Shown here piece after piece: positions 26,050 through 37,071 of a stretch of DNA of 42,622 nucleotides. The notes under the pieces are model-generated. The model had not been told where the DNA came from and made no database searches. It was given only the letters and a program-made list of their open reading frames with translations. Position 1 is the first letter of the stretch. Every line of letters begins with the position of its first letter. The stretch spans positions 1-42,622 of the forward strand of contig JYFJ02003379.1 of the NCBI GenBank assembly GCA_000934665.2. The letters run 5' to 3'. Source of the stretch: Catajapyx aquilonaris (Eukaryota). The position numbers and the translations under genes are program-made.

Positions 26050-26630
26050 TGAACATCACCCCCCATCAATAAATCCTTGGCCGCAAAAACCCCAGGCCTA
26101 ATTTACCTGTCATTGAGTGCACATCAGGGTGCTGTCCCCCACCCCCGCCCCCTCTCGGTGTCCGGACGGGTCCGGAGAAGGGGGCAAGGTCTGGTCCTCC
26201 CAGGACCGGCGCGTGTTCCAAACTGCGTGGGGCTGTCAACCGAAGGTGGCACAGGGGGCACGACCCGCACTCACGAGACGGGGAAGGGGTCAGGGCGAAT
26301 AAACATTTGGAGGGCTGGCGGCCAAAAAGCGGGGCCCACAGAAGGAGACGACGAGACGGGGGCTACTCTACTTCACTACCACTCCTTGGGTTCCCGGCAA
26401 CTGCGCATCCTCACTGCCCGATCACGACGACAGAGGGGGGAGGGAGGCCCACATGCTACCAGACCAAGGGCGAGACAAGGGCGGGCCCAGGGCAGGATCC
26501 GGGGGGAGGGACGGAACAACGCGGGTTTTAATGCGGAGAAGATTAATCGAATTGAAGGAATGGAATCTATTTGGGCGGATAAAGGCGCCTCTGGCGGACA
26601 GGTGGGGAAGGTCATCGAAGCGCGCTTTTT
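26050..26630 (-). promoter_or_regulatory. GC/CpG-rich probable promoter and first exon of the HECW locus
   Basis: Local CpG-rich island just downstream of XPB; minus-strand donor ACAG|GTAAAT at 26107. Confidence 0.45.
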
Positions 26631-26975
26631 TTTAAAAAAAATTATTTAGTCAGTTCAGAACAAAGATATCTGCAGAAATCTTTGGTTCAGAACATGAATC
26701 GCAACTAGCGCAATGAAGAACCACAGTGGACCAGAGGGCTAGTGTCTAAATATCCACAGAGAATCCGGGGTGATCATTCCAGCAGCCAGTATGGATCCGT
26801 TTTTTTTTCCCCCCCTGGAGAGAGGAAAAAACAATGGTTGGCCCAGGCTGATGGCTTCAAACATAGTGAATAAAAAATATGTAAGACCTTCGGTGGGGCT
26901 TCTTTCCTGTTAGTAGGTTGATATGTATTCTTAGACCTTTTTCATCTTTTCATTTACCAATTTTATTAATTTGCC

Positions 26976-27155
26976 TGTGCTTGATGGATTTTTGATTGTG
27001 GGAGGAAACGAGAGACCTGAGAAAACCCATGTGAACATGGAAAGAATCCATCCAAACTCTATCCACATAAGGATCCTCTGTCTGATCTGGGAATTGAACT
27101 GGGGACCTCAAAGGTGGAAGGCTGTGGCAATTGCTACTACACCACTGTGCCGCCC
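26976..27155 (-). mobile_element. tRNA-derived SINE (V-SINE-like core) just after the XPB stop
   Basis: Minus strand reads gggcggcacagtggtgtagtag (A-box-like)...cagttcaattccc (B-box-like)...tgggttttctcaggtctctcgtttcctcccacaatcaaaa. Confidence 0.65.
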
Positions 27156-27281
27156 TAATAAGCAAAATGCACCTAATAATCCAAAGGTTTGCACAGAAAA
27201 TAAGTATGCAACTCTTTGTGGTCAAAATGAATTTGTTTATAAATATGGGCACAAAGTATTACAAAACAAAGCTGTACAAAT

Positions 27282-27407
27282 TTATTTCATTCGGAATTTC
27301 TTGAATAAGGGATGCTTCTGGTTGAATGCTGACGACTTCTTGTACTCCATGTACACGGCATCATCGGCGCCAGAGAGAGAACTCATGTTGCCTGTGCGTC
27401 GATTTGC
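27282..27407 (-). CDS. ERCC3: XPB exon 8 (terminal)
   Basis: [22 protein letters not shown]...[10 protein letters not shown] followed by TAA. Confidence 0.93.
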   Translation of the reverse strand, partial: ANRRTGNMSSLSGADDAVYMEYKKSSAFNQKHPLFKKFRMK

Positions 27408-30400
27408 CTGAAATTAAATTGAAAAGGTCTCAAACCTGACATTATGTTGTATTTATTGCTTCTCCCTGATAAGAAGCTTCCACCCAAATGGATAATAAAC
27501 ATTATCATCATGTATACTGTCTTTGTAGCAGCCCAATTATGGAACAAAACCAACTAATTATCATGTATACATTTTGAGAATGTACAATTTTCGGCTCCAT
27601 TAACATTGAGAGAAGCTCTGAATGCTGATGTTGCAGTATGCATTTTCTCCAGTTCTGCCTACATTATATCACTAATTTTAGACACAGGAAAAAAGACCAG
27701 GGTAATTTGGGTACCTGTGTACAGTTGGTTAAGTCCTTTCCACATGAGGCGGATTATTAGCCTCCAACAGAGGTGCTAGCTATAGGGGAGTGCGAGTCAN
27801 GGGGGGGCAGCACCTCTGATGGAGGGTAATAATCCCGCCTCATGTGGGAAGGAAATCCTTTAACCGACTGTACCACATGAGTACCGTACCCAATTCTCAA
27901 TATGTACTATGGGCGCCAAAAGAATTGACCGGAGTTGATGGGTATACGTATAGCGCCCGATAGCGCCATATACCCATCAACTCCGGTCAATTCTTTTGGC
28001 GCCCATAGTACCAAGGTCCCTATTAGGATCCAATAACCAATTAGAGTGCAATAATGTTTACTAAGGTTGTTCATAGTGATACTACATGAAAAAGTGAAAC
28101 ACATCAGGTTTCATCTAATTAGACACCCAAGTCAGAATTTCGGATTTAAAAATCACGATTGTTAAATCTAGACTTTTCAGATACCTGTATCTAATTGGGC
28201 AAAAAATTAGTTTCACACCATTAGATAAATTATTAGGAACAACCTTACTAAAAACTATTGCAATCCATGCCAACACTGATCATGGAAGATGTCTTTTATA
28301 ATCCTCACCACTGGACCCTTGTGGCCCTCGCCAGGGATTTTCTCTTCATCTGCATCCATGTCAGTAGCAGCCAACACCTGCTGCAAGAGGTGGCCCTGCT
28401 GGTCTTTGTTTGCATAATCCAGTGTCTCTTCATCCATTCCTGCCAACCTGGTAATCACCTTGTAGCTGTAACCCTGGTTGACCAGAAAGCGCTGCCTCTT
28501 CCTTGAGTAGCTCATTTCCATGGTGTCTTGTGAGACTAACGTGTAAAAGAAGGCATTATACTCCTCTGCAATAGCACCTTTCTTGGCACGGAGAATCCTT
28601 CCAAGTCGCTGTGCCTCCTGCCGTCGAGATCCACCATGAGATGATATCTGAATCAGGACATTGGCTTCCGGAAGGTCAAATGATGTGTCAGCCACTTTGC
28701 TCACAAAAATGGTGTTCACATTCGGGTTGAACTTGAAGTTTTGCAGAATGGTGATTCGCTCACTCTGAGGGAATGCGGTTGTAGGTCACAGTTAAGAAAT
28801 GCCCCACAAAAATGGCATTATCATGCAGATGTGCACCATGCTGTTAGGAAAACTTAAAAAATACTTAGCTAATTGATATCAACAAGTGTAATTACGCTTT
28901 AACTGTCCGTATCTGAATTAACACTAAGTCACATCATCCTATCATTCAAGTTCTGTAAACCAATAAATGACTAATTCTAACTTCCTGTACTGTACAATGA
29001 TAGGGAATTAACCTTACAATCTAAATATTGCATGAGGTACTGCTCTCTAATGTGTACCATGTGATGGGAGTCTCATGGATTACTGCCGAACATGGTAAGG
29101 GCCAAGAATAAATTTTTGGACTCACCTGTGAGGTAGGCCCATAGATAAAGAACTTGCCCATTGTCCTGGCATAGTGCTTCAGTGCAAAAACATTGTCAGA
29201 GAAGACAATTATCTTGTCATTGCGCTGCTCATGGTATTTAATCAGAAACTGACACGCTCGAAACTTATTTGGGTTCATCACATACAGCAGCTGAAAGAAA
29301 CGATGCAATTCAGTATGAACCAGCTAATTTCAAACAAGAAAAATGAAAATATACCATTTACTCTACGTGACATTTGAATGTCTATACATTGTTGGTATGG
29401 GCTTTTCATGAGACCTGGATGTGGCAGATTTGAATTCACTAACAATGTGTCTGCCATGCATCTGAAATAAATCCCTTTTATGAGAAATATCACTTACAAG
29501 TTTCTTGCAAGTCCTACAGGTGAGATATTCTCTGTAGAATTCTGGAGTCATAGGGCACCAGACCTCAGCACATTGGACCTTGGCGATGAATCCATTGTTC
29601 TGAAGCTCAAGCCAGTTGGCCTCATACAGTTTTGGGCCAATGAGAAAATTCAGATCTGCAATTTTGTCATCCTCTCGGACCAAAGTGGCAGTAAGGCCAA
29701 GTTTGCAGTGAGCCTGGACAAGGGTCAGCACTCGCCGGAACATGCGTGCTGGGATGGTGTGCACCTCATCTAGTACCATGATCCCCCATTCTTGATCCTG
29801 CAACCACTTCATTGTCTGTTCTGCCTCCCATGAACGCTTCTGTTGATGGGTTATCATCGAATAAGTTGTCACCAAGATGGCGCACCTAAGGTGTTAAAAG
29901 TTTCTCATGTATATGGATTTAGGACATTTTATAATATTGCCAACATAACATGAGCAGTATAACTCACCCCATAGGCTTGTCCTTGGCCTCACTAGTAAAT
30001 CGACAAATCATGCTGTCATCAGCAGTGGACCAGGTTTTGAATTGGGCTTTCCACTGCTCAACAGACACCCCTGAGTTGCACAGCACCAAGGCCCTCTTGC
30101 GAACAGTGCAGCATGCAGTTACCCCAACCAAACTCTTCCCTGCACCGCAAGGGAGCACAATCACTCCAGATCTTGCTCGGCCATTGCCAAACATCTTCCT
30201 CAAGCTCTTCTCCTGATAGGGCCGCAACACTGCAGATGGCTTCAGGTCGATATTTATGTCTGGGTTAACAGTGTCATTTCGAAAATCATACTCTGCCAGC
30301 AAGGGATACTCCATTTCAATGCAGCGTTTCTGAAGCAGTTCAATGCGCTCTTGGTTCACCTCAAAAGACACTGTTTGAAGAGAGTTGGCACCACCTTCAC

Positions 30401-33400
30401 CCACTGCACCTTCCTCATCCTCTTCATCGTCCTTGTCCATTTTGTTGTAGAAAGTACTTATGTCCTCAGGGACTGCATTGCTGTCCCCATTCTCCACTGC
30501 ACTGGATGAAGTTGAAGGCTTTGCTCCAAACTGCAAAAAAAAGTACACGGTAAATGTCTTGCTTCCAAAAACAAAATTGAGGGTAAGACCCACAAGGGGT
30601 ATCAGAAGCAGCGTCAAAGAGTGAAAGAGTACTGGTACTAAACCTCCACATGTTCAGCCTGGGCCTCTTTTTACCATTAAAGCTCATACAACCATCTAAC
30701 TGCAATTAACAAAAATCTTCTATTTACTGTAACACCACACACACTGCAGCATGGTGGTATACAATGGGGTTGACTAGGGGGCTGGTATGCCTCAGATGCT
30801 AATTTCCGAATTTGAAAGTGTTACTTTGACTCGATTCTTTATGTATTGGCTGCCTTCATTCACAGATCACTTCCATATGGAACTATGGAAGTCAGCTTCA
30901 ATGTGTATGTACCTGGGGTGCTTCAACATTCCCATCAATCTCCTTGATGAGCTCTTCCTCCTGCTCTAGGTTGTGTCGCAGCCTGCACTCCTGAATTACA
31001 GGGTCCTTCAACATCCTCTGCAGCACCTCTGGATATGGAGACTCAACAAAGTACTTGTTATGCTTTAGAACCAGTTTCACCTTCCCATAGGAGACAGTGC
31101 AAAGTTTAATAAAGCTCTCAATCCCTTTGGGCACGGTAGTCTTGCTGAGTCGCTTCAGATACTCAATGATATCCCTAGTTTGTAGCCCAACACTGACAGC
31201 AGCATAGAGTGAGTATGAGGTAAGCTTATACTCATGAAGGTGTTCTGGACGGCACACTGGTTCTGAGATGGCAATGAGAAAGTCATGTGCATGACGGTAC
31301 ACAGGACTGAATGACTCCAAGAAGATGTGGCCATTTGGAGCCACCCACAAGGGGCGGGACGCATGGTCATCTTTTAAAGACATCTGGGATCGGTAGTCCT
31401 TTGCACCGTACTCATCTTCTGGGACAGCATTATCAGCCTTCTCTGCATTCTGCTTGGCTGCCTCTGGGACACCCTCTGAAAAAGGAGGATTGACATATTA
31501 ATGCATTTATTGCACTTATTAGGACACGTAAATGTTAAGAGACAATCACACAACATGTGAAGAATACCAGAATAGAATTATTACGAGATCTTATGTCATG
31601 CAATATGAACAAGTGTAGGGTACCTGCTGAGGCATCGTCGTCACCACCAATCCACTCTTCCTCTTCCTCCTTTTTCTTCCGTTTGAATCCCTTCCCTGTA
31701 ATAAAACATGAATTTATCAAAATCCAGCTGTAGCCTACAGTACTCCCCTCAGAGGGCCACCAGCCCACTGGGTAATATATCTAATCTAACCAATAAGTAA
31801 TAAAAAATACTCAAATACTCAACATCCTGCTGCACCAGGATCTTCATAGCAATAGCACTAAATAAGCTACTGCAGCCTGGCATTAAGCCATAAAACATAC
31901 ACAGATGCAGTGACACCTATCCAAATCAGAATCAGGCCTTTGAACTAAAACTTTCCCGAGTGAATAGACTTCCATGATATGCGACAGGAATCCATTCAAG
32001 ATCTTGTACCAGGGCCAAACCAAAACTTTGACATGCTTGGTCTGGGTAAATTACAGGGGTCACTTGGCTATTATCACAATAACATATTGCAAGGTCCTTG
32101 GTGTAATCACAGATAAGGGCAACACACTGACAACATGCATGCAAAATTTCGCGTTTTCCCGCTTTTTCCCCCATAAGGAGGGCTATAAAATATTTCGATA
32201 TATATCTCACAGGCAATCGATATTTGCATTGTCGTGTAGCACCTCATTACAAACTTATTCGATGGAATTATAATTTTATCCGTGCTCTCTGCTTTCCTCT
32301 AAATTATTAGCGAAATGTGTAACATCTGATTGTTTGACGGTAAGTAGGCATCAATTACAAGCAATCTACGATGTCAATTGCGATATATCGAAAATCGATA
32401 TATCGCATGAGAGGCGATTTTGTTCCAGGCCCACTTTACCCGATTGTCATTCTGAATGCAACGGAAGTTCATATGAAAAATAATCGACAATTATGAGGCA
32501 TATACGTTCATCTTGAACTAATTTCGCGTCAATTATGAAAAAATTCAGGACTAGTGGATCACAGTTCCATCTGTCAACCCTGACAGGTCCAGGGCAACGA
32601 CATCGCACATCCTGCACGCATCCTGTTCCTGTGGAGGTTCTACTCTTTGTCTCCCCAAGTTGACCTCCTGAGTTCAAGGTGAATATGAAGCAAAGTTTCA
32701 CAAAATCTGCAGATTTCGTAGAATGAAAGTTCCTCTTTCCAATGATGCAAAGTGACCCTCACCAGGCCAACTGGTGTCTCAGATGTTGTCACTTAAGCAC
32801 TAGGCCTAGTTGAAATTTTGACATATCAGTTAAGCTGCAGTTCAACAATGTCCAAAAAAATGGCATCAGCGAAGGGTTTTTATTTTGCAGGTTATTAAGT
32901 CACTAGGGGCTAGCCCCTCGCAACTCCCTATCTAGCCCTATGGTGATGGTTGTTGAATATAAAAGTCTCCCCCAGCCTGGAATGTGGCGCTAGCATGGCC
33001 CCACAGGGATCTTGTGGTTCGGGTGGCTGACTGGCGATCTGCGAATGCCCTCCAGACCCAGCTGCAGTGGAAAGAATGGTTCGGATTGTTTCAGGCGTCT
33101 GCAAGCGTCCGCCCTAACCACAAGATCCTGTGGGCATACGCCAGCATTGTGGACGTAGACTTTTATATTACATTGCCGTATTGTATAAGTTGCAGGGGGC
33201 TGCTGGGGGCACAATTTTAATCATCTCGCAATGGCAAAACATATTATTTTTGTGAACGCAAATGGGGTCGCGACCCACAGTTTTGGAAGCACTGCCGTAG
33301 GTGCTGGTGATGCCCGATCTTTTCACCATACATGTGTCTCCACAAAAAAGTCCATCGGGGCAAGATCTGGGCTTCTGAAGGGGATAGGCATGGCGAAACT

Positions 33401-35492
33401 TCTCATTAAAGACTTCGCACACTGGGAGGCTGAACAAATGAAATTTTCCTATGACAGGTTTGTTTCATGGATGAGGCAGCTTTTTATGTGAATCATCAAG
33501 AACAAGATGTGTGGTGTAAAGACCCGAGATATCCAGCACCTATGGGATAGGACTGCAACTGTTAACTCCAAATAAGATTGATAGGGTTTGGCACAATACC
33601 GATTACCTGCTTTTCAATCTGCCGAGCGACACATGAAGCTCATATCGAAACAAACTAAGGTGAGACCAACACTTTAGATCTTTCTTAGCATTTCCAAACG
33701 TAAATCATTCAGATGTCTACAAGTTTCCGAGTTATAGGGTTTTCAAATTGGGACATTGTTTTTTGATGACACTGCAGATTGGCTTATCATTACCAAAAAA
33801 AAGAGAAGAAAATAATAGAAACATAACAGTGTCACACTGTTACTGAGAATTGCTCCAATTGCAGGTGTACAGGTATAGCAGGCCTGGAAACAATGATTGC
33901 ATAATTAATGTGTTTATCAATTGCTTAAGTCAAATCCCCCTATTTCATCTTCAGAGAATCAGTTATCCACAAGTGTCTGAGATGAAGTCAAACAGATGGG
34001 TTCAGTTCAAGGAGAACCACTTCGGCAACAACGCATTAGGGAACAGCGAAGTTCATGTTGAGGCAGAGGTGAAGAAAAATGCACCTAAGTACACACCAAA
34101 GTACACGCTCAGTGCCACATTTATGTCGAAGAAAACTGCCCTTAGTACATCTGGCACAAGGAACACTCATGGCAATGATACCACCGAGTTGGACTGTTCA
34201 ACCAACCTGGATCTCCACTCAACATCCATCAGTACACCCCAAAATAACTCTCCAAATACCTGCCCTGCTCTGGCCGCAATTATTGAGAATGATACCGTGA
34301 TCCTGGAGGGAAAATCTGCATGCAGCGCAAGTAACACTCATGGCAATGCCACCTCTGAGTCTGATCATGCAACCAACCTGGATCTTCACTCAACATTGGT
34401 CAGTACACCCCATAATAACTCTCCAAATACCTGCCCTGCTCTGGATGCAATTATTGAGAATGATACCATGGTCCTGGAGGGAAAAGCTGCACTTGCTTTG
34501 TGCAGCGCAAGTAACACTAGTGGCAATGACACCTCTGAGTCTGATTATGCAACCGACCTGGATCTTCACTCAACATTGGTCAGTACACGCCAAAATAACT
34601 CTCCAAATACCTGCCCTGCTCTGGCTGCAATTATTGAGAATGATACCATGATCCTGGAGGGAAAAGCTGCACTTGCTTTGTGCAGCACAAGTAACACTTG
34701 TGGAAATGCCACCTCTGAGTCTGATTATGCAACCGACCTGGATCTTCACTCAACATTGGTCAGTACACCCCAAAATAACTCTCCAAATACCTGCCCTGCT
34801 CTGGCCGTAATTATTGAGAATGATAACATAAACCTGGAGGGAAAAGCTGCACTTGCTTTGTGCAGCACAAGTAACACTAGTGGCAATGACACCTCTGAGT
34901 CTGGTTACGCAACCGACCTGGATCTTCACTCAACATTGGTCAGTACACCCCAAAATAACTCTCCAAATATCTGCCCTGCTCTGGCCGCAATTATTGAGAA
35001 TGATACCATGAACCTGGAGAGAAAAGCAGTTGCTTTGTGCAGCGCAAGTAACACTCGTGGCAATGACACCACAGAGTTAGATTTTGAAACCTGCCTATAT
35101 CACCACTCAGCACCCATCAGTTCACTCCACAATTACTCCTGGAATGCTGCTCTGACTGCATTAATTGGGAATAAGACTGTGACCGTGGTGGGAAGAACTA
35201 CAGTTGGTTTGTTCATAATCAGGAATGGCACAAAAATTATGGCAGAATTTGCATTCCGCTCAAAGCTCCATTCAGTGCTCAACCAGTCATCACAGAGTAA
35301 CCGCTCTATCCTGACTGCATTAATAGGATGTGGTGCTTTCCCAGAGGGGATTACAAAAGATATACTCTTCCATGATGATCAAGAGAGAAGTTACTTGGTA
35401 AGTGGACATTCTTGATCCTAGCATATCCCATTGATTCCAGATGTAACAGCCTCAGCTATGGCAGACTCGAAAGGCTGACCCACCATACTTCC

Positions 35493-35574
<82 letters not shown>

Positions 35575-37071
35575 TTGGGTAGTGCGGACCTCCCAACTGG
35601 GGAGGTAATGCACGGACCTTTATTTGTTCTTTTTTGGCCTGTGTACAATGTGTACCTATATTGGAACATTGTTGCGAATCGCCCGGGTCCATGAGCTGGG
35701 AGGGGATGTGCAAGATGCAAGTGCAATGTCTGAAAGAGTACATTTTGTGAACTCCCCCGGGTGGATTAGTCTATCAGAGATTCCACCTGAGACGAACCCA
35801 GAGACAACCGCTTAACGCTGCTCGAGATGAAGGGGGGAGACCCCGGGCTGGGATCGAACCCAGCAGCAGGGGATAAACTATTGTTTATCCGCACGTTAAC
35901 AACAAGACCTCCCGACGGTTGGCAACGTTGAGTCGCAAACAATCGGGTGCCTATTGATACTGCTGCATGGTTACATGGAACTGTGCTTTATTCTTCTTTT
36001 CGGGTTTTCAGGGATTCAATTCGGGATTTTGAGGTGATTAAGTGGATGGAATAGCCATTTGTCTTGGTGTTGCTGTATGGCTTTTTGTTACCGCAACAGT
36101 ACTACTGTACATTGTTGTGGCCCTGCCAGGCACGGTACGTCGCCCGTGCGTGATATTTTTAGTTCTTGCGGAGCGATAGCGGAGCTGGGCGCTTATTGTG
36201 GGTTTCTGTATCCGCAACATTTACTGTCCATCTTGTGGCGCCGCAGGCCAACGAACGTAATGTGGCTTTGCCAAGCGCGAAGTACACCTTCACACAGTCC
36301 GTTAAACAAACGAACTACATGACGCCAAGTTCCGCCTGCCACCACCAGGCTCTCCCCTCCTATCATGCCCACGACTCACTCTGCAGGCATAGGCCTACTA
36401 CTGCACACGCTCAGAAAACACGGCTGGTGTGACATCATATCGTTCTTTGGGTTAACGGACTGCAGCAACCATCATGGCATATTTCCCACCTCCTTCATTA
36501 ATACTGTGGTCCTAGCACTCGTCTGAACGGTTCGCGTGGCCGAGGTAAGAAGACGCCCTTTGTTATGCTCTCCCGGCAACCGGTTGTTTGCGACGCGTAG
36601 CCAACATGTTTGGAGCACCGCGTCGCTAGGTGCGGATAAACGATAGACTTTCCGCAGCAGGACCCTTCCATCCCTGGGCTCATATGTCACTGCAGCGCCA
36701 CTGCGCCTCTCCCACCATACTTCCGTATATGGCCTGTGTATTAGGTTATGATACTTATTTCTGCAGTCCTGTTAAGTCTGTTAAATCCGTAGCCTATTGT
36801 AGTACTTACTGTAAAACTTCTTTTTTTTCAATTAGAATGGCTACTGCGGTAGATCTTGTTGTTAGCAATTTGATACGAGTGGAGGAAATATTGCAGCAAC
36901 TTAGTTTCAAAATGTGCAGCAACACTCATCATGGCTTTCATTCGAGCACGTCCCTGTAAGTCAATTTTTTCCTGGCTGCACCTCCAAATGAGCTCTACTT
37001 GTGTATGATCCCGGATTCACGCGAACGTTACCTTTGTCGTAGTCCTTCTTGGCCTTCTTGCCTCCCGCCAT
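27282..37071 (-). CDS. ERCC3: TFIIH helicase/translocase subunit XPB (ERCC3/haywire), complete, 8 exons, 790 aa
   Basis: Exons 37071-37032, 31695-31624, 31475-30913, 30530-29968, 29885-29498, 29290-29126, 28764-28309 and 27407-27282 total 2373 nt in frame. Motifs: [18 protein letters not shown], Walker [33 protein letters not shown]-terminal HPLFKKFR. Confidence 0.97.
27710..27885. mobile_element. Fold-back / MITE-like inverted repeat in the last XPB intron
   Basis: ccacatgaggcggattattagcctccaacagaggtgct versus agcacctctgatggagggtaataatcccgcctcatgtgg; one N in the loop. Confidence 0.7.
27904..28011. mobile_element. Miniature element with perfect 43-bp inverted arms and TA flanks
   Basis: gtactatgggcgccaaaagaattgaccggagttgatgggtata ... 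tatacccatcaactccggtcaattcttttggcgcccatagtac. Confidence 0.85.
28309..28764 (-). CDS. ERCC3: XPB exon 7 (helicase C-terminal domain)
   Basis: [14 protein letters not shown]...[40 protein letters not shown]. Confidence 0.96.
29126..29290 (-). CDS. ERCC3: XPB exon 6
   Basis: [17 protein letters not shown]...[13 protein letters not shown]...IYGPTSQ|GTGAG. Confidence 0.95.
29498..29885 (-). CDS. ERCC3: XPB exon 5 (DEVH box)
   Basis: [10 protein letters not shown]...[13 protein letters not shown]; donor CTT|GTAAGT. Confidence 0.96.
29968..30530 (-). CDS. ERCC3: XPB exon 4 (includes Walker A)
   Basis: [12 protein letters not shown]...LRPYQEKSL...[12 protein letters not shown]; donor GG|GTGAG. Confidence 0.96.
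30913..31475 (-). CDS. ERCC3: XPB exon 3 (N-terminal domain)
   Basis: GVPEAAK...[28 protein letters not shown]...[17 protein letters not shown]. Confidence 0.95.
31624..31695 (-). CDS. ERCC3: XPB exon 2
   Basis: [23 protein letters not shown] (NLS-like); phase 1-1. Confidence 0.85.
32956..33169. mobile_element. Degenerate MITE-like inverted repeat in XPB intron 1
   Basis: aatataaaagtct...cccacagggatcttgtggtt versus aaccacaagatcctgtggg...agacttttatatt. Confidence 0.55.
33982..35415 (+). CDS. Uncharacterised 477-aa ORF with 57-60-aa tandem repeats, nested antisense in XPB intron 1
   Basis: Frame open 33850-35415; first ATG at 33982; possible acceptor catcttcag ending 33954; repeat unit lengths are all multiples of 3. 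Confidence 0.55.
   Translation: MKSNRWVQFKENHFGNNALGNSEVHVEAEVKKNAPKYTPKYTLSATFMSKKTALSTSGTRNTHGNDTTELDCSTNLDLHSTSISTPQNNSPNTCPALAAIIENDTVILEGKSACSASNTHGNATSESDHATNLDLHSTLVSTPHNNSPNTCPALDAIIENDTMVLEGKAALALCSASNTSGNDTSESDYATDLDLHSTLVSTRQNNSPNTCPALAAIIENDTMILEGKAALALCSTSNTCGNATSESDYATDLDLHSTLVSTPQNNSPNTCPALAVIIENDNINLEGKAALALCSTSNTSGNDTSESGYATDLDLHSTLVSTPQNNSPNICPALAAIIENDTMNLERKAVALCSASNTRGNDTTELDFETCLYHHSAPISSLHNYSWNAALTALIGNKTVTVVGRTTVGLFIIRNGTKIMAEFAFRSKLHSVLNQSSQSNRSILTALIGCGAFPEGITKDILFHDDQERSYLVSGHS
34162..35220 (+). repeat. About 180-bp tandem repeat, 5 full copies plus a degenerate sixth
   Basis: Units begin aacact at 34162, 34333, 34513, 34693, 34873 and 35050. Confidence 0.95.
35496..35573. 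repeat. (TAA)n microsatellite, probably the tail of the adjacent SINE
   Basis: Directly visible. Confidence 0.97.
35498..36710 (-). mobile_element. tRNA-derived SINE with (TTA)n tail, interrupted by a DNA element
   Basis: 19-bp direct repeat cccaccatacttcc[a/g]tata at 35479-35497 and 36711-36729; A-box-like ggcgcagtggcgc at the 5' end; B-box ggttcgatccc at about 35850-35860. Confidence 0.7.
35871..36653. mobile_element. Non-autonomous DNA transposon with 24-bp GG-starting TIRs and 8-bp target duplication (Merlin-like)
   Basis: TIRs ggataaactattgtttatccgcac and gtgcggataaacgatagactttcc; gcagcagg at 35863-35870 and 36654-36661. Confidence 0.7.
37032..37071 (-). CDS. ERCC3: XPB exon 1
   Basis: [13 protein letters not shown] then G|GTAACG; phase 1 matches exon 2. 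Confidence 0.8.

Noticed and set aside
26077..26649. 190-aa plus-strand ORF
   Set aside because: Starts at TTG, is Gly/Arg-rich as expected for GC-rich promoter DNA, and has no recognisable domain.
32010..32432. Possible MITE with repeated cgatatatcg motifs
   Set aside because: Termini too degenerate to define TIRs or a target duplication.
34162..35220. Regularly spaced repeats as a CRISPR-like array
   Set aside because: Whole units are duplicated with no unique spacers, the context is a eukaryotic intron, and there are no cas genes.
35418..35743. Poly-Leu / poly-Tyr ORFs
   Set aside because: They are translations of the (TAA)n tail and SINE body.
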